A stretch of 64,000 bases of DNA. It comes from Guillardia theta CCMP2712. Its lineage: Eukaryota; Protista; Cryptophyta. The DNA is taken from contig NW_005434661.1 of assembly GCF_000315625.1 (NCBI RefSeq), positions 830,345 through 894,344 on the forward strand, given 5' to 3'. A program made the position numbers and the translations under genes. The notes under the pieces are model-generated. The model did not search any database. It was not told the origin of the DNA and worked only from the letters and a program-made list of their open reading frames with translations. Below are positions 32,960 to 52,563 of the stretch, piece after piece; position 1 is the stretch's first letter, and each line of letters begins with the position of its first letter.

Positions 32960-35440
32960 GAAGAGGGAAGAGGAAGATCAAGTCCATCGTCACAAACTGT
33001 CTCGCTCCCTCACCAGCCACGCCCTTGAAGGTGGTCTTGGTTCCGGCAAGTTGTCAAAACTCTCTTCGAGTCGACTCATCTGCTTCAGGGATTCTTGAGT
33101 ATTCTGACCCATCTTGTTTACCTGCAGCTCCGACAGTCAAGTCCTTCGAGCACTTTTCAACTGATCTCTTACAATCAGACTCAATCTTCTGATCTTCCTC
33201 TCGCACTCCACTCTCCGCGCGTCGTACTCCTGTTTGACGAGACCATCATTGCCAAGACTTCAAGTCTGATCTACCTTGAGTAGCTCGTCATGCTCCTTGT
33301 TGTTCTCCTGTGAGAAAGATCCACAGCAAGTCAGCGCACGAGTGATCGTGGCAGACCTTTTGACACACTTGAATGTTCTCGATGACCGCCTCGGAGAGCT
33401 GATGAATTTCATCGTCGTCAGATGCAGAAGAGAAGTTGTGAAGACGTGGGAGGTGTCAAACCTTTCCAAGGTCCTCTGCAACGACGTTGATCATCTTTGT
33501 TGTCTCATCGAGCTCGTGGCTAATCTTTTCCAGCTCGTCCAAGTCAAAGGCAAAATGTACATCAGGGTCCTGCCCTGTCCTGTGAGAACGAGCAAGACAG
33601 CGACATCTCTCACGTTGACGTTCTTGTGAGGTCGTTTCAAGGCCATCAGCCGGACCATTAGCTGCGATATTCTCTGCTCTTCTTCTTGTGCGAAACTTCG
33701 CAAGTACTATCAACTTCGTCAACTTTCCCTTCGCGACCAGGGAGACTTGGTATAACCTGGCTGAGATCTCTCTTCTCCTTGAAAGAATGCTCCAGAGCTT
33801 GAAGGGAGCTGATGTCAGCAAGCTTCAGCACAATAGAAGATAAGACTGGCTGTGTGCGGTATCACTCGGAGTTTCTGATGGTGTACTCAGGGGCTTTCGA
33901 ATCTTCGGGTAGTTGCTCAACCGCACTTGACAGTGAGAGCTGAGAATGGTTGCTGGAAGACCTGCAAACATCGAATCATCCAACAGTTTTCCATGCCCAA
34001 CGACAAGCTCCTTTCCTTGCCATGTCGGTCTGTAACGACCCCAAATCAGCAGTGACGACGAAATCCTTTGCACCCTGGTTGAGGAATGACCTGCCGTGAA
34101 CGGTGAGTTAGTGGATCAGAAGGCGCATGTGGCAAGGTGGGGAGAAGATGAAGGCAGGTATATCTCTACCTTCTCGTCATGTACCCTCGTACAATCGCCT
34201 GCAATCTGGCTGCATTCTTCCACCTGACTTGCGGATCTTTCCTGTGGAACAGCTTTTCACGTTCCAGATCTGACATGACGGATTCCATTCCATCCAAGGA
34301 GGCGAGCTCACTTGTGGAGTCCTGTGCACAATCAGAAGCTTGTCAGTCCATGTTGACATGAACTAGACAGCAATCACACCATCATCGTGTGGCTGATATC
34401 GTTGTCGGATGCCGCCATGATGGCGGTGCTGAAGCTGTCGGTGAATGCGCTCTTCTCCGATCTGCTCGTTGATTGTCATTGCAGCATCGTTGCATGCGAG
34501 GACTCGAACATCAGACGGGAGGGCATGCCGCCAGACGTAGGATACGGCGAATAAGCTGAATGGAACTGCAGTCTCCTGCTGCATAAAAGAAATAAGAGCC
34601 ATGGGTTGTCTTAATGGAGCCATGAAAGAAAAGAAAACATACTTGGCAGATCTGAGAGACGACAGATTATCTCGCCACAAGTCAAAGTCTTGATGATTCT
34701 GAAAATTTGATCAAGGTGGGTCAAAGTCGGAAGACAGGAAGCGTATTGTACTTGGGCGCAGAGGTATAGAGACGAGACGCCGGGTCCGCTTTGGTCGTCG
34801 TAGGTGATTGAGATGCACAGGTCCTCGTCCTCAGTCCCGTGGCCTACTGAATGCTTACGAACGGTGCGAGGATAATGGAACGGGAGGAGGGGGACAGGAG
34901 GAGAGGACAGGGGGAGACGAGTGAGGAGAATAAGAGGATAGAAGAGGGTGAAAGGAGCGGGAAAGGAGATGATGGTGAAAGAGCAGGACCTGGGTGGTTC
35001 GATGACTCCTCCTGGGCTCCAAAGCAGATGGATCTCATGTCCTGAACGTAGACCTTCCTTTCCTTTCTCAGAGAGATCCATGACGGCTGCTTCCAGGTCA
35101 GTGCCAGGCCATGTTTGGAGTACTTCAGCTGTCGCTCTATCAGAACACAAGAGCAGGCCTTTCCTATCAGAACCTGGAAGACTCTCAGATGGCGGGAGTG
35201 AGACAAGTCCCTCCTGTTCGAGACTTCAGCATAAGAGTTGGAGGAGCCAGAGGAGGAAGCATTACCTTGTGCTGCTGTACTTGTACAGCAAACTTCCCTC
35301 CCTGACAGTCTTAAGTTTGGACAGCAACATTGCGACAAGAGGATCTCACTTGTCCGACATGTCGGCAGCTTGGCGGTGGGGCTACACGTTCTTCCTTCCT
35401 TCCATCTCTTGCTTCTCCCTTCCATCACCCGGTGCTGCCA
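32960..35440 (-). CDS. N-terminal PH-domain protein with downstream helical/coiled-coil region, multi-exon; ends approximate
   Basis: Exons read EGSLLYKYSS, LALTWKQPSW..KVYVQDMRSICFG, EDLCISITY..SLYLCA, a PLC-like PH pattern. Confidence 0.55.
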
Positions 35441-35657
35441 TTCCCCTGCTTGGTTCCCTCTTCCACTTTTCGCTATTTACATGTGGTGTTCTGCAGAATA
35501 TTCCTATCCATCACCGAGGCAAGCTTGATAAGCTTAGCTTTTACCTTTGATGAGTAAAATCGCCTTGTCAAGCCGTAGATCTTTTTCTGGTTGGTCTCAA
35601 TGCTGCGTCGAAACCGAAACCAACATGGCAGGCTCGGAATGAGATGCTGAGACTAGG

Positions 35658-43450
<7,793 letters not shown>

Positions 43451-43683
43451 TAAAGGGCAGACCGTGGAGAAGAATCAAACAAGATGACATGAAGCAGATA
43501 TTATCATCATAAAGGATTTCAATCTACTTTCTCGAACTCATCATCACTGCTCGAAACTCACTGCTACCTCTTCAGAGCCAAAGATATACAACAATCACAC
43601 CCTGTCCAACAAAATGCAGCACGAAAAAACTCTAAACTTCATAAACACATTTCAGATCAAAAAATATTTGTTCCCAACCACGA

Positions 43684-44880
43684 TTAACAGCAACCCCCAC
43701 TCTTGCGACGCCCCTCATGTCCTAAAGTCCTTTCCCTCTCCACCTGACAACCAAACCATCACTCCTTCCAACGCATCTCGATCTCTCACCTTGATCGACG
43801 ACTTTCCATCTTTCTTCCCCTGTCCCGCTCCTTGCTCCTGAGTCTGGATTCGCCAAGTTCACAATCACAAACATCAGTAAGAACCAATCCATCATCTTCA
43901 GCGGACTCGAACAAGCAAGGAGGTCGCCATGCCTCTTACTCCTCCTCCTTGTCATCATCAACTCAATCATCACCATCAAAATTATTATCGTCACCATCAT
44001 CATTATCATCATCATCATTTCGATCATCATCATATCCACTCCTCATAGATCAACCTTCTTCTTCTGCACAAGTCCCTTTGCCACAGCGCCGAAGAGTTCA
44101 TCGATACCTTCGACAGACGTCACAGCACGACAACACGCGCCGGTAGCAGGGAGTACCTTTGTTGCTCTTCGCCGAAGTCTCCATACACACTGCCCCGATC
44201 GACTTTGCGTACGCCTCCGCCTCCTCCTGTGCCACCCTCCTCTCCTCCACCAGGTCGCACTTGTTGCATGCCAGCGCCAAGAAGATCTCACCCGACGCGT
44301 TTCGCTTCAACTCTGCATGGAATGTCATCCACCGCAGCCCTGGCCCAGCCTCACCTTCAACCCATGATCGGACTTTTTCATAGCTGTCTGCGTTCGTGCA
44401 ATCTAGAACCAAGATCGCAGCTTCCGCTCCTCGGTAGTACATCGGTGCCATGGATCTGAATCGCTCTTGTCCCGCCGTGTCCCAGATCTGCATGGTGAGC
44501 CGCATTCCTCCAACATTCATCTTCTTCACCATGAAGCTCGCACCGATCGTGCTCGCTCCATGGGGTACAAACTTTCCCTCGATGAACCTGCGGGCAACTT
44601 GTCAAGACATCATCATATCACAGAGTTGAACAATCATCGACAAGAAACAAACAGTTCTGCTCCTCTCAGAGTATAGATCGTCATGCAACCACACCACAGG
44701 TGACCATAGAGACATGACTCTTTCTTTGCAACCTTGCAGATGATAAGCTATCGCAACATGCTCTCTTCATGCACAACAAACCATCTTCTCCTCATCTCTT
44801 CACCTGTGTACAAGACATGTCTTGCCCACTCCCGTGTCCCCCAGCACCACCACCTTCGCCTGAGCTGCATCGTCCGCCAT
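43684..44880 (-). CDS. Rab5/Rab22-family small GTPase, multi-exon
   Basis: KVVVLGDTGVGKT, STIGASF, WDTAGQERFRSMAPMYYRGA, NKCDL, ETSAK, C-terminal KSGGCC*. Confidence 0.95.
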
Positions 44881-45137
44881 GCTTGCTGCTACTTCTTCAA
44901 AACCAAATGGGTAGATCATGGGGGTTCTTCATGATGGGGTGGTGTTGGAGGCATGTTGATTATGTACCGGTACATTGAGGCTGTAACAATGTGAAATGGA
45001 CCCCTTCTACTATGACCCCATGATCGCTGTGGTCACCTTATGAATGCCCCGACCACCCCAAACTTGGTTTGTATCTGGGAAAATGCGGAAAATGCTGCTA
45101 TAACAAGACAAGCGAAGGCGGATGACAGACAAGGCTA

Positions 45138-45208
45138 GGAGAAGATGAGAGAAGAAGATGAGAGAAGAAGATGAGAGAAGAAGATGAGAGAAGAAGATGA
45201 GAGAAGAT
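45138..45208 (+). repeat. 13-bp tandem repeat (gagagaagaagat) x~5 overlapping the predicted start of the next gene
   Basis: Direct reading. Confidence 0.9.
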
Positions 45209-46820
45209 GGCGAAGGTGTTGATCTCAAGTTGAAAGAGGATGAGGATGATATTGAATTTGTCTACATTGAAGACGTGCAAGAAGACGAGAGCCGGGAGGA
45301 GGAACTCCCTCTTCATAACATCGACTTAGTTACCTGCTCATCATGGATCCTGGATCCTGTATGGTTCTTCAAAGGCAATCTCGACCCTTCGAGCCTGAAG
45401 CGATCTCTTTCTCGCTTCCTCCGCCTCTTCCCTGCCCTCTCAGGAAGGCTGGGTCCCTCCAGCGTAAAGCTCAGCAACCAAGGAGTTCCTTTCACAACGA
45501 GGAGGAGAGCAAGGGGGTCAGGGTACGACTACGTGCAAGAGGAGCCGAGGAGAGGAGAGTTCACGGACGTGCGAGGCTACGAGGGGGTGCTGGCAGGTAC
45601 CGAGCCGATCATGACCGTCATGGTTACAAACTTCCGAGATTCAACGAGCGCGCTAGGGGTCGCGATCAGCCACGTCATAGGAGACGGCTTCACCCTCTAC
45701 TCCCTCGTGGCGCTGTGGTGTGACTTGCACAACGACGGGACGTGCAGCGGGGAGTACAGCATGGACAGGACTGAGCTGATCCGACGAACGAACCCGGATG
45801 GCAGGAGGGGGACGAGAGCTGCGTTCCCCGCTGACTCTCTGCGAGAAATCCACAACTTTTGCCAGCAGCATGTGGGGGAGAGGAGGAGGATGTTCCGCTT
45901 CAGCAGCGAGGAGCTCGCCACCCTCAAGGCATCCGTGCCGTGTGCGGACGGGAGGAGGCCGACGACCAACGAGGCCTTGATAGCCAGAGCATGCAAGCTC
46001 TGTGGAGGGAGGGGAGGGAGAAAGGACAACGGGCCGGTTCAGCTGATGATGATCGCAAACCTCCGGGGAAGGAGCGAGACATTCTCCCCAGGCTACCTCG
46101 GGAACGCCTGCACCTCCCTGGTCGGCTTCTGTCCTGCTAAACCAAGGACAAGCGAGCTGCGGCAGCTGCTGTCCAGCTTCAAGAATGTGGGCGACCTGGT
46201 GAGGGAGAGGCAATCCTGCGATGCTCTCGTCCGCTACTTCGTTGGATGGCTGACTGGGCTGGAGGACGGGCTTGTCCTCCCCGGCCCTGTCGACTACTCG
46301 AGGCCTCTGGTTGCAACCAACTGCCAAGTCAGCCTTCCTGCAGAGCGAGTCAGGTGATGGTGAAACTCTGATCCTTTCCTGTTGCCCTGATGTCGCGATA
46401 GAGTGCTTTGCTCCTCTCCTCTCCTGCTAATTCCCCCCTCTAGCTTCCTCCAGTGTCCTCTCCTCTTCCGCTTTGTCCCTCCCCTCCTCTCACTCGCCCC
46501 CTCCTCTGCTGCGCGCTGCTCGCGTCCTTGGCTTGTATGACGTCGATGTGTTGATTTGACTAGCTCGCAGGCTGCGGGGGATGACTTGTGTGAGGTTTGT
46601 GCCGCCTAATCTAGGAGATCAGATCTTGATTGTACCATCCTGCCTATCAGATGGTTCAGTCGACATGTACATCTCATGCCGGCTGTTGGACGTTGAGAAT
46701 GGGCCGGAAGAGGAGAGGAAGAGGAAGAGGAAGAGGACGAAGAACAGTAGGGAATGCAAGAATGGCTGCCAGGAAGCGGCATCAACAAGATTCAAAGCAA
46801 GAATGATGGAGATGAGATGA
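45197..46820 (+). CDS. HXXXD-type (BAHD/Transferase family) CoA-dependent acyltransferase
   Basis: LKRSLSRFLRLFPALSGRL, catalytic SHVIGDG, ANLRGR..GYLGNA, possible LYDVD segment in the 3' part. Confidence 0.85.
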
Positions 46821-46917
46821 GTCTGCGATGAAAGGCGGTGTGATAGATATGATGGGAGGTGATAAAGCGAGGCTCTCGATTCTCTTGTTTGTTTTGTACA
46901 ACATCCCCGTTAAAGTT

Positions 46918-48923
46918 TTATCTTACTGAAGCCTCACATCCTGCCCTGAAGCAGCTCGTTGAAGCAACTCCTGAAACGGTTGAATAAGATGAAATGCAAT
47001 TCTCCTCCTCCTCCTCCCCCCCNNNNNNNNNNNNNNNNNNNNNNNNNNNNNNNNNNNNNNNNNNNNNNNNNNNNNNNNNNNNNNNNNNNNNNNNNNNNNN
47101 NNNNNNNNNNNNNNNNNNNNNNCCCCCCCCCCTCCTCCTCCTCCTCCTCCTCCTCCTCCTCCTCCTCCTCCTCCTCCTCCTAATCATCATCAACACCACC
47201 ACAGCCACCAACAACAACACCCCTCCACCAGTATCACCATCCCACCTGCAGCCATGGCCTTGACAGCATTCCCGCGAAATCTTCATCAGCACTCAAGTCG
47301 GTCGCCCACTTTTGCTGCCAATCGCCGTCACAAGCAAAGTTCAAGAAAGCCCAAGGAATACTCAGGTATGAGATACTCACCATGTTACTTCCGTTGAAAT
47401 ACTCAACAGATGCACATCTTTCAAGGTACCTGTGACGACATCTTAAACGTGAATGAAGAAAACATCATAGCTTTTCACATTCGACACTCCTCTTCGCGTC
47501 CGACAAGACTACAGATACAAGACATGTTATACAGAGCAACTTCGTCTCTCTCTTTCTGCTGCAAGAACTGCGAAACAAACTCTCCGGCTGAAGTAAGTGC
47601 ACTCATGGCCTCCTCGCTTCTTCCTTGTTGAAGGAATAACCTTGAAAGACAACAACGTCAGCTTAGAGAATCTATCTGCTCTTCAAATGAAAGCAGGTTG
47701 AGGAGTGGGAATTTGATCTGACAACTAGCAAGGAGCTCGAATTGAGAAAAAATGCAAGAGCCAAGGGAGGGGGAGGGGAGGGAGGCAAGAACATGGAAGA
47801 AAGAAGACCAGCTCAGTCAAAATCACCTTCCTACATCCAACAAGGTTTCTCCAAGGCCAGCGAGGGCCTCCGGGTGAGTTCCGTTGATCTTGAGAGCTTC
47901 TCTGTATGAGTTGCAGACCTACCAAGACAGTCATTTCATCCCATAATCGTCATCAACGTCATGAAGTACCGCTGAGTACCCAACCTCTTGTGTTTGAACA
48001 TCCGGCGCGTTCTCAGTCGCAGATTTCTGCGCCTCGGCGAGCACAACGTAGCCGTCAGGCTCGTAATGCTGCTTCTCCACCATCTCTGTCAATTTGGCGG
48101 CGGCTATTTGGAACAATACAAACGCTCCCTGCTTGTCTCCCACCGTCTGTTTCAGTTCCGCATTTCTTGACAAGGAGTTTGCCCAGTTGCAAAGGCAGTT
48201 GACCCTGTCGTAGTCATATTGCATCATCGTCATCGACGTCTCAAACTGTTTGTACGCTCTTGCCCAGATGCTCTCTGACTCCGGTGACAGAACCACATTC
48301 CCTGCTACGTCCTTGGACAAAAGTTCCGCCTGAGACGAGAGCACGTCCGCAAGGTTGTTGGAGGCCTCGAAGTCGCCGGGGGAGAGCGAGCAGGCGATCT
48401 CGAGCTTGTTAGAAGCCTCAGCAAGGAGGACGAGAGCCTCGTCTCGCTTCCTCGTCTCAGCTAAGGAGTGCAGCACAGCTCCCCAATTGTTCAGAGCCTC
48501 GCAATGGTTCTCGTCCATCTGCAGGATCTCGCTGTAGATGCTAGAAGACGTTGACAGCGCCTCCTCTATCTGCTCTGCCGCGTTTCTTGTCCCCGCGTCT
48601 CTCAAGGTCGATGCCAGCGCGTCATACGCTACCCCGAGGTTGAACCGGAGCTCGATCGACTTCTGATCCTCCGGCTCCTTTTCCAACGCTTGATGGTAGA
48701 ACTGGATCGCCTGTCGCAGCATGGTGCATGCTGCTTCAGGGTCGGCATGTCGTCGTTTCTCGGCTTTGTCGTGCATGTCCAGCGCTCTGTCAGAGAATGA
48801 CTTGAACGTGGGAGCAGCTGCAATGCTGTCTCGCACGCTCTGCGTGCTGTTGAAGCGTTTCGGTAGCCTTGGCGGCATCGTGCACTCGCCAATGGAGATA
48901 GCTAGGGAGCAGGTTAAGACCAA
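46918..48923 (-). CDS. TPR-repeat protein, multi-exon; 3' end uncertain because of the gap
   Basis: AIQFYHQALEKEP, RFNLGVAY, EALNNWGAVL, ASNNLADVL, CLCNWANSL. Confidence 0.75.
47023..47122. other. Assembly gap (100 N) within a CCT tract
   Basis: N run. Confidence 1.
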
Positions 48924-49390
48924 CCTGTAGCAGAGTTAGATCTTTCACTCGGGAGGATGTTTGATGAACAATCATCTCTCATCGCTCTTCAACTCTCTCT
49001 GTCCTTCATGTCATCTTCCTTCCTATCCTCTCCGCCTTGATCTTTGCTGTTCACTCTGTTTGACCTGTCTGACTATCCCTTTCTTCCTCCTTCTGCTGCT
49101 CTCTACTCCTCAACGCCGCTTCCCTTTCGTTGTCACGATTTCCTTTTCACGTGCATTTCGAGCCAAGTTTTACTCCCTACCCTACCACTGTCTTGACTGT
49201 ACCCCCAATTATCTCTGCCATCATCTAGGTAGGGGTTATGACCCCACCCACCGGGTTCATGGAGTTTGCGATTTTGGTAGAAAGGTTACAAGCAAGGAAC
49301 CAGAATCAAGCGTGTTGCTACTGCGAGTCTACTGAAACAACTGGCGCAAGAGCATTCAATGAATAAGCAGAAGCATGCTACAGCATCCTC

Positions 49391-51418
49391 TTAAGGCGTG
49401 AGACGTGTGGGGTCACGGGGGAACAGCGAAGTTTTCCTCACGTTGTCCAGTCCGAGGTAAAGCATGACAACTCTCTGTTGAGACGCGACAGCGTTACAGG
49501 CGCAGGTCATACATGCACGTGTTACCTCCAAGCCAATCCCTCCTCCTGCATGCGGAAAGGCTCCAAAGCGGAAGGCATCCACGTAGTGCTTCAACTGCAT
49601 CATGGATTAGCCTCAACCACGCTCATGCTTGTGACTCACCTGAACAGGGTCCACTCCCTTGGCCTTGCACTGCTCGACGAGTAGTTCAACGTCGTGCACG
49701 CGTTGCGCACCAGACATGATCTCTTGACCACGCATGAAGACATCGTAGGAGTTGCTGTATCTCGGATCATCCTTGCACGGCATCGTGTAGAAGGGACGAA
49801 CTTCCATGGGGAACTTTTCGAGTACGTAAAAGTCTGTGCCATACTTGTTCTTCACCATCTCTCCAAGCTTGCGCTCCTGCACTGTACTGATGTCCTGGAA
49901 GTCCGACAGCTCTGAGCCATCCTCGTTCTTCACACCTGCCTCACGCAGCATGGCAATGCCTTCGGGGTACATGAGCCTGAGGTTAGGTCCGACGTTGTAA
50001 GACATGGGCTCGAAGGGATACTGCTGGCTGATGATCTTGAGTTCATGCTGGAAATTCTTCTTGATACCTTCGAAGATCTTCACCATGAATTCATCCGTCA
50101 CTTCAAGAGCCTCCCTGTACGACTCCTTGATCTCCATCTCGAAATCGAGCCCCGTGAACTCAGTCAAGTGGCGACCGGTGTGGCTGTTCTCGGCGCGGAA
50201 AACAGGGCCGACTTCGAACACTCTCTCCAGGTCTCCCATGATACACATTTGTTTGTACAGCTGAGGTGACTGTGCCAGGCATCCAGGCTGCTCAAACCTT
50301 GTGTTCTCCATGTACTTGAGGCGGAACACTTCAGCACCTCCCTCTGAAGCCCCAGCGATGATCTTAGGAGTGTGGATCTCCACGAAGCCCTTCTCCAACA
50401 GCGCTGTGCGGAAGTAATGGCAAACTGCAGAGCTGATGCGGAAAATTGCGTTCTGAGCAGGGACGCGCATGTCGATTACTCTGTTATCCAACCTTGTGTC
50501 GGTACCAACACGAACGTAGGCACCATCGACCTCCCCAGCCGCCAACTTGCGCTCTGACTCAGCGATTTCTGCCTCAGACCTGCTGGCATCATCTATCTGA
50601 AGAGGCAATCCAACCTCGGCCTTGGCAACGACGTACAGTCGCTGCACGGAGAGCTCGCAGTCAGTTTGGGTGCAGGACTTGACCTCGGCCTTGACAATCA
50701 ACCCTTTGATATCCACCACGGTCTCCTTGGCTAGCGAACCCGCGAACTTGATCATCTCCTTAGGAGTATCGTCGTTCTTAAACAAGGCTCCTTGGACTGT
50801 TGACCCGCTCTGACGGAGAACAAGGAAGCAGTTGTTCCCCTTCGCCCTCGTGTTGTGAACGCGAGCGCGTACCCAAACTTCCTTCCCCTCGTGCTTGGCG
50901 CTGAGATTGCTGACGTGCACGAATGAGCGACCTGTGTTCTGATCCGACATGGTCCTCATAAGGTAACCATACTTCTTCTCAGGCTCATCCTTCAAGAATG
51001 ATACAGGCTCCATCTTCGAAAAATCTTCTGCTTCGCCTGAAGCCTGGTTGCTGGTCTCCTTCTTTTCAGCAGCCTTGTATTCAGCTCGCTTGGCGTCTTT
51101 CTCCTTCTTGGTCAGATATTTCTTATAAGCTCCTTTGCTGGTGATGCGATTTCCCTCGTCATCAAACACTGGTTTGCCGTCAACAAGAAATTCCGCAGCT
51201 TCTTCCTGTTCAGGTTTTGCCTTGGCTTCCTTGGGCTTCTCGGTCTTCGCAGGGGCAGGGAGCTTTGATTTCAGCTCCATAAGCTTGGCAACTTCTGCAT
51301 CAAGCTCTTCCTTGGAGTGACTTCCGGGGTTTGCCTTGTTCGCTTCTTTCATGCTCCTCACCTTCTCACCCTGCTGCTTCACTGCAGCCTCCATCGCCGC
51401 GACGTCAGTATCACCCAT
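49391..51418 (-). CDS. DARS: Cytosolic-type aspartyl-tRNA synthetase with N-terminal WHEP domain
   Basis: [89 protein letters not shown]. Confidence 0.97.
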
Positions 51419-51869
51419 GGCTGTGTAAACCTTCAAATACTGGTGAGACCGTGCACAAACTGCACAAGAACACTTCGAAACGTTATCAAAGGAATCGTCT
51501 TTGACCTAGCACAAACGTTTAAGGACTCAATTCCTCGCTCTTGGGTGATTTGCTACAGAGCTAGCTGCGATTCGTTGTAATGCCCTAAGTCCTGTAGCCG
51601 CACTCTTGTCAAGTGGAAGCACTTCATATACCTAACTCCTCCTACTCCTACTACTCCTCCTCACTTCTTGCTTGTCCTCCGTGCCATATTTATATGCTCG
51701 TGCCACGACATTCCTTCTCATCGTTTTGAGAGATTGCCAATGGCTTTCCATCAAAAATTGAACATTTGCAACAAAATTTGAATACCCATGGTTCATTTCG
51801 AGATCTAAGAATGATAATGAAAAAAATCAAATGGTCTCCTATTACTTTGAAATCATCGATCAAATTTGA

Positions 51870-52140
51870 AACCGCCGAGTCTGAGTCGGAGCGCCACCCA
51901 CAGCCTGTGACGGTGTCCCGGAGTCCGCGGGGCCCCGCAGCCGCGCCGCGGCCCGGCCAACATTCCCGGAATCATTCGGAACTTCTCGGAACTTCCGAAT
52001 GCGGGAATTGGCCCGACGCCGCGACGTCGTGACCGGCAGGCTGTCAGAGACCGCGAGTTGCAGTGCGGGGGACCGTTGAACTTGAGAGTAGAGAGAGTGA
52101 CTACTCGCTAGTACTGATCTTTAACTCAACTTTGAGTAAA
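51870..52140. promoter_or_regulatory. GC-rich island between divergent AspRS and antiporter genes, containing an inverted repeat
   Basis: Composition and position; hairpin at 51962-52008. Confidence 0.5.
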
Positions 52141-52563
52141 GGACAGGAGTGACTGTCTGCGGCGGTAATGATGACTAGTGGGGGCTATAAAATCACCTAG
52201 TCAGAAGTTCTTTCCTCCATCCCTTGTACCCCATTCTCCGTTTACTCCTCCCCTCCGAAAACCACCCCCCCTTCATCCCTTTCATACCCCCACCCTGACC
52301 CATCTTTGACTCCTCCCATCTCACCTCCCCATGTGACTCCTCCAGTAGCCTGATTCCTCCACCAGGGAGTTTACACCCCATCCCTACCCCTATTTCCTCC
52401 AGCTCTTCTTACCAGGTCCTAGAAAGGCATAGGCCATGACTCCATAGGGGGCATGGAATGGGTGGGGTGGTAACAGGGAGGGGAATTTTCAGGAGGAACA
52501 CCAAGCAAGGTATTTGAGCAGGCTGATCGCGAGGACAAACAACAAACCTCTGCCACACTCGCA

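Noticed and set aside
51975-52000. Heat-shock element
   Set aside because: GAA/TTC spacing does not follow the nGAAnnTTCn register.
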